DNA from: an uncultured Candidatus Saccharibacteria bacterium | GTDB lineage: Bacteria > Patescibacteriota > Saccharimonadia > Saccharimonadales > Saccharimonadaceae | NCBI GenBank assembly: GCA_946414345.1 | Contig: CAMKOB010000002.1 | Coordinates: forward strand, 6,540 to 70,539 | Direction of reading: 5' to 3' | Length of the DNA stretch: 64,000 bases | Shown: in pieces, positions 60,351 to 64,000 of the stretch | Numbering within the stretch: the first letter of the stretch is position 1 | Layout: each line of letters opens with the position of its first letter | Position numbers and translations under genes: made by a program | Notes under the pieces: generated by a model | Told to the model about the DNA's origin: nothing | Seen by the model: the letters and a program-made list of their open reading frames with translations, nothing else | Database searches by the model: none

Positions 60351-62189
60351 TTATAATATGAATTCTGGGTTGTTATTGCAGTCATAGCCAATAAAATCAT
60401 ACCAACCCCATAATGGTCTTACTTTTCCTAGCGGATATTTATAGTCTTTTTCTAGTTTAATTCCGTAGCTATTACTTATTCCCATGAGCCCGCAAATAAT
60501 TTCTTTATGTGTTTTTTTATTATCTAGCATGAACTCGTCTTTTATTCTAAAAAAATATGATGTTTTGGGGTAATATAAATCGATTCCTGAAGTCCATAAT
60601 CTTGCAGAATAAATATAATTATGCTCTTTATAGCTTAGGTTTGGATCTGGTTTGTTTTCTTTTAGTATTTTGGCATGACAAAATAAAAAGCCATTCGAAA
60701 TAAACGGTGTTTTATATGGGTATTTCTTTGTTTTAATAGTATTAGAATTATTTTGTTTAAGAACTGGGAGAAAATCATCGAATTTATCAAACTCTTTTTC
60801 TGCATTTAAGTAGGGTGCGAAACTAGTCGTGTTTGGCGGTGCTCGCCAGATCCAATTTGTGAGAGCTGAGTTTTGTCCACATTCACCAATGGTGCTTATT
60901 ATTTCTTTATCCCAACCCGGTATAAATCTCGTACTTGAATCTATAATAACTGTATAATAATTTTCTAGACAATTGACAAGTTTCGATAAGATTTCGCTAT
61001 AATGTGAATCTTCGCTAAATTGAATTAGATGTTTAACGTATTCGTTTTTAGCTGGATTGTCTATTTTTTTTGTTGTTCCTATTACGAATTCTATTTTTCG
61101 TCCAGTTGTATTCTTTATGCAAGAATTAATGCATTCTTCGTATTGTCCAAATAAATCTATTATTACGATTTGAACTACATCTGTAGTCTTGTCTAATGAC
61201 TCATTTTTTCGTATCCGATCTTGGTTCATTGAGATTTTTTTGTAAAGAGATTTATTTTCGAATTGTCCAGTTTCGCAATTCATATAGATAATTCTTTTAG
61301 TAAAATTTATTCCTGCGAATTCTTCAAATTGCTTTAGAGAGCGCTCTTTTCCTAGACCATATTCATCTATTCCAGTGTCGTATTGTGCTGATTTTAATAA
61401 AAGTTCAAATTTCTGTGCCTCTTTTTTGATGTGATTTCCATTGTTAATTGGTGTAACTCGATCTTTACGTTGGTATTTGTGGTAGATATAACATTTGTTT
61501 GGACAATAATTGTTCCAGCCATGAGTGTAGTATCTAATCGCCATTGGTAATTCGTCGCCAAGGTAAAACATTTCTGGATCTTCTATTATTTCTCTGCGAA
61601 GTTTTGCAAAAGTAAATAAATTACCTCCGGCGATGAACGGGCTTTTTATTGATTTCTCGGTGCCGGTATTTTGCATAGTTGAACAACGGTATTCCAAAAA
61701 AGAGCTCCCATTTTTATAAAATCTTTTGCCGTGGTTTACAATTGGACAGTTCGAACTTGGAGCGTCAAATTTCGCGTCATCAATTGGCAGTTTTTCCATT
61801 TCTTCGGTGAGGCTCGGTGGGTAGAATGATATGATCGCTTTTTTGTCTTTAAGAGATAATAGAAGCTCAATCATTTTTGTATCCCAATGTTTACAGAATT
61901 TCATGTGGGCGTCAATTTGCCAGACATATTCTTCGTCTTTAATTAATTTTTGACATAGATATCTTGCATAACATATTCCTCTTGCATCGGCCTTTCCAAG
62001 ATGTTTAACTCTGCAGTTCTTTATTTTTTTAAGATTTTCTAATTCTTCAAGATCGTCGCTTTGGTGGCAAATTGCAAATGAAACACGTTCTGGTCTATCA
62101 GCTTGGCATAGTGCGCTTTTTATCGTGGTCATTAAATCTGGATCGCAAAATGCTGCTATTTCGATAACGATTTTCTCTTTTTGGTGCAT
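60351..62189 (-). CDS. Cytoplasmic glycosyltransferase with two tandem GlcNAc-transferase-like (PF11397-like) domains, AT-rich
   Basis: Domain 1: IEIAAFCDPDLMTTIKSALCQADRPERVSFAICHQ...ARGICYARYLCQKLIKDEEYVWQIDAHMKFCKHWD...FIAGGNLFTF...GDELPMAIRYYTHGWNNYCP...IYHKY. Domain 2 is a degenerate copy: IDSSTRFIPGWD...FISNGFLFCHA...YIYSARLWTSGIDLYYP. No signal peptide. Confidence 0.7.
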   Translation of the reverse strand: MHQKEKIVIEIAAFCDPDLMTTIKSALCQADRPERVSFAICHQSDDLEELENLKKIKNCRVKHLGKADARGICYARYLCQKLIKDEEYVWQIDAHMKFCKHWDTKMIELLLSLKDKKAIISFYPPSLTEEMEKLPIDDAKFDAPSSNCPIVNHGKRFYKNGSSFLEYRCSTMQNTGTEKSIKSPFIAGGNLFTFAKLRREIIEDPEMFYLGDELPMAIRYYTHGWNNYCPNKCYIYHKYQRKDRVTPINNGNHIKKEAQKFELLLKSAQYDTGIDEYGLGKERSLKQFEEFAGINFTKRIIYMNCETGQFENKSLYKKISMNQDRIRKNESLDKTTDVVQIVIIDLFGQYEECINSCIKNTTGRKIEFVIGTTKKIDNPAKNEYVKHLIQFSEDSHYSEILSKLVNCLENYYTVIIDSSTRFIPGWDKEIISTIGECGQNSALTNWIWRAPPNTTSFAPYLNAEKEFDKFDDFLPVLKQNNSNTIKTKKYPYKTPFISNGFLFCHAKILKENKPDPNLSYKEHNYIYSARLWTSGIDLYYPKTSYFFRIKDEFMLDNKKTHKEIICGLMGISNSYGIKLEKDYKYPLGKVRPLWGWYDFIGYDCNNNPEFIL

Positions 62190-62284
62190 AGTTATATTTT
62201 AGCATTATTATTGTATGCGTCAATTGATGATATCATATTTGGTTATCTAGTGGTTTTTTTATTTTTATGGTATTATATGAATAT

Positions 62285-62944
62285 ATGGTAGCGATTATTG
62301 TTATTTTGTTTGTTTCTATATATTTGGCTTTTTTCTTTCCTTTAGAGCCGAAGCCAGAGAAGAAGGAAGAAAAGTCTCCTAAGCATAATGCCCAGATGAA
62401 AAAACTTTGGCAAGTGGCTACTACTGCAATGCGAGAACGAAAGCCTTTCCGTGCGGAAAAAGCATTGTTGACGATTTTGAAATTTGATGAAAAGAATGCT
62501 TCTGCTTACAATCGTTTAGGCATTCTGTATGCAAAAGATCAAAGATACGATGAAGCGGTGGAGTGTTTTGAAATTGCGCAGTCACTGGATAATAATCCTG
62601 CGTCTATACATAATGCTGGATTAATCTATCTTGAAATCGGTCAATACGAAAAAGCTGCGATGGCTTTTCGGCAGGCAATTGAGCTTGAGGGAGATGTGCC
62701 TGCGCGTTATATGGCTCTTGCTAAATCGGAAGAAAAACTAGGGAATTACAAAAAAGCTGTCGATGCGCTTGAGAGTGCTTATGAGCTTGATCCAAGCGTG
62801 GCAATCCTCCGTCAGATCCTGGCTATTTATGAATCGACTCAAGACAACGAGGCTATTATGGCGACAACTGCTAGAATTGAAGAGCAAATAATGCGTGATA
62901 GTGAAGCTAAAAAACGACGTGCGCGCCGCTTGGCTAGATCTTAG
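62285..62944 (+). CDS. Membrane-anchored TPR-repeat protein
   Basis: N-terminal TM helix VAIIVILFVSIYLAFFF. At least 3 TPR units (AYNRLGILYAKDQRYDEAVECFEIAQSLDNN...). Start taken as ATG 62285, downstream of TGGTATTAT. Confidence 0.75.
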   Translation: MVAIIVILFVSIYLAFFFPLEPKPEKKEEKSPKHNAQMKKLWQVATTAMRERKPFRAEKALLTILKFDEKNASAYNRLGILYAKDQRYDEAVECFEIAQSLDNNPASIHNAGLIYLEIGQYEKAAMAFRQAIELEGDVPARYMALAKSEEKLGNYKKAVDALESAYELDPSVAILRQILAIYESTQDNEAIMATTARIEEQIMRDSEAKKRRARRLARS

Positions 62945-63007
62945 TTTTATTAAAATCACGTTGATTTTTTAGTGTTTTTGATATATAATTATTGAGTACC
63001 TATTTGT

Positions 63008-63092
63008 GCTGGAATCGTCTAGTGGCAATGACAAGAGACTGTAAATCTCTCGCCTTCGGGCTTCGTAGGTTCGAGTCCTACTTCCAGCACCA
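63008..63092 (+). tRNA. tRNA-Tyr (anticodon GTA), long variable arm
   Basis: Acceptor GCTGGAA/TTCCAGC, anticodon stem AGAGA/TCTCT, loop CTGTAAA, 14-nt variable arm CGCCTTCGGGCTTC, T-arm GTAGG-TTCGAGT-CCTAC, encoded CCA. Confidence 0.9.
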
Positions 63093-63111
63093 TTTTTGTT
63101 TAATAATAACC

Positions 63112-64000
63112 CTATTCTTCTTCCCATAGTGCGTAGAGCGTATGATCTTCATTGTTTGCTACTGTCGTATTGTTGTCTACGAGAGATGATTTACCCGCAA
63201 TAAACGGGGTATTTCCTCTTGCGTCTGGATAGAAATAGACATTGTTATTCCCATATGTATCGTACAGCCCAATTATGCCGTCCGACACTCTATAGCAAGG
63301 TATGAAATTTGCGATATCACTATCATTGTCTGATATTCTAAATTCGTACAGTGTAATTTTTGCATAATAATTGGGGTTCCCATTGTTGTTCCCAGCAAAT
63401 ATATAAATCTCTCGGTTGTTTGATGTGTCTAGTGTTTCTGTACCTATATCGTAAATTAGTGCGTCATTAAGTAATGATTTTCTATTATTTAGATAGTTTA
63501 ATTTTATTGTATAAATTGTTCCTTTTTCAATATCTTCCTGGCTAAAAGTATTATTGTTCCATCCGTAGTAAATTTTATTACTTTGATTTCCAACCCACAT
63601 TCTTGTATTTGTAGCCTGTCTTGAGCCAAAATAGATTACATCATCTGTAGTATTATTACTTGACGCTACGGCGTATATCCCTTTTGTATTATTTGCTTGA
63701 ATTCCCGTGTTGATATATTGTGCACCGCTAGAAGTAATACTTGTTAATTTTATATATTCGTCATCTAAAAATGTATCAACCCATCCCTTAAAGACATATC
63801 CAGCTTTTTCAGGAGTTGGTAGGTTATTGTAACTTAGACCAGCTATATATTCTCTACCGTCAATTTCATTGCCTCCACGGGTATCAAAGCTTACTTCCAC
63901 CTTCTTTTTCCATACCGCATATAAAATGTGGTTTTTATGCATATTCATAATTGTTGATGTGCTTATTGGCAAATCATTGTCAGCTCCTTTTAAGAATTCT
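63112..64000 (-). CDS. C-terminal part of a surface protein: InlB-B-type repeat, ~200-aa beta-rich (lectin/jelly-roll-like?) module, then another repeat. The N-terminus lies outside the window.
   Basis: The frame stays open from the TTG at 63972 to the window edge. Repeats HILYAVWKKKVEVSFDTRGG...AGYVFKGW and HTLYALWEEE. Confidence 0.65.
   Translation of the reverse strand, partial: EFLKGADNDLPISTSTIMNMHKNHILYAVWKKKVEVSFDTRGGNEIDGREYIAGLSYNNLPTPEKAGYVFKGWVDTFLDDEYIKLTSITSSGAQYINTGIQANNTKGIYAVASSNNTTDDVIYFGSRQATNTRMWVGNQSNKIYYGWNNNTFSQEDIEKGTIYTIKLNYLNNRKSLLNDALIYDIGTETLDTSNNREIYIFAGNNNGNPNYYAKITLYEFRISDNDSDIANFIPCYRVSDGIIGLYDTYGNNNVYFYPDARGNTPFIAGKSSLVDNNTTVANNEDHTLYALWEEE

Noticed and set aside
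61064-61071. T8/A8 homopolymer inside the glycosyltransferase gene as a phase-variation switch
   Set aside because: Runs of 7-8 A/T are common throughout this AT-rich sequence, for example at 6884-6891 and 23700-23710. Nothing singles this one out without population data.
1-64000. Alternative genetic code (UGA recoding, as in some CPR lineages), CRISPR arrays, transposases or integrases, and rRNA genes
   Set aside because: All conserved genes read through cleanly with the standard code, and TGA is used as a stop (for example at 20573). I saw no spaced repeat arrays, no transposase or integrase motifs, and no rRNA-like sequence.

Overview
Dense, standard-code bacterial window. Hand-counted 60-nt lines in housekeeping genes gave 37-38% G+C. 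It looks like a reduced CPR/Patescibacteria (Saccharibacteria-like) genome: there is no room for rpmD (L30) between rpsE and rplO, aaRS genes are compact, and many proteins carry low-complexity tails. The taxonomic call is inference only.

The housekeeping backbone is:
- rplF-rplR-rpsE-rplO
- sbcB and ldh
- metG, pheST, leuS and trpS
- ftsEX with a PcsB-like CHAP hydrolase and a ctpA-like protease
- rpmF-nusB, a Nudix gene, rnc, and rpsP with a KH-domain gene
- rpoBC running directly into secY
- infA-rpmJ-rpsM-rpsK-rpsD-rpoA-rplQ-rplM-rpsI
- thyA-folA-glyA, rluD and holB
- three tRNAs: Ala-GGC, Ala-CGC and Tyr-GTA

The most interesting content is accessory.
1. A cell-surface display set. It has four paralogous proteins with Fibrobacter-type (FISUMP/TIGR02145-like) C-terminal domains. 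Two of them begin with what looks like a complete sortase sorting signal placed at the N-terminus. It also has two sortase-family genes (one fused onto the end of secY), InlB-B-repeat proteins, a GH25 muramidase, an Ntn hydrolase, and an AT-rich tandem GlcNAc-transferase-like gene.
2. A self-contained G+C-rich two-gene cassette at 20.5-21.4 kb. It has a consensus promoter and encodes a PRE-repeat mini-protein plus a 2-TM protein.
3. A second G+C-rich HD-hydrolase gene beside a tRNA.
4. Pervasive leaderless gene starts (TGnTATAAT-N6/7-ATG).

No CRISPR array, transposase or integrase was seen.
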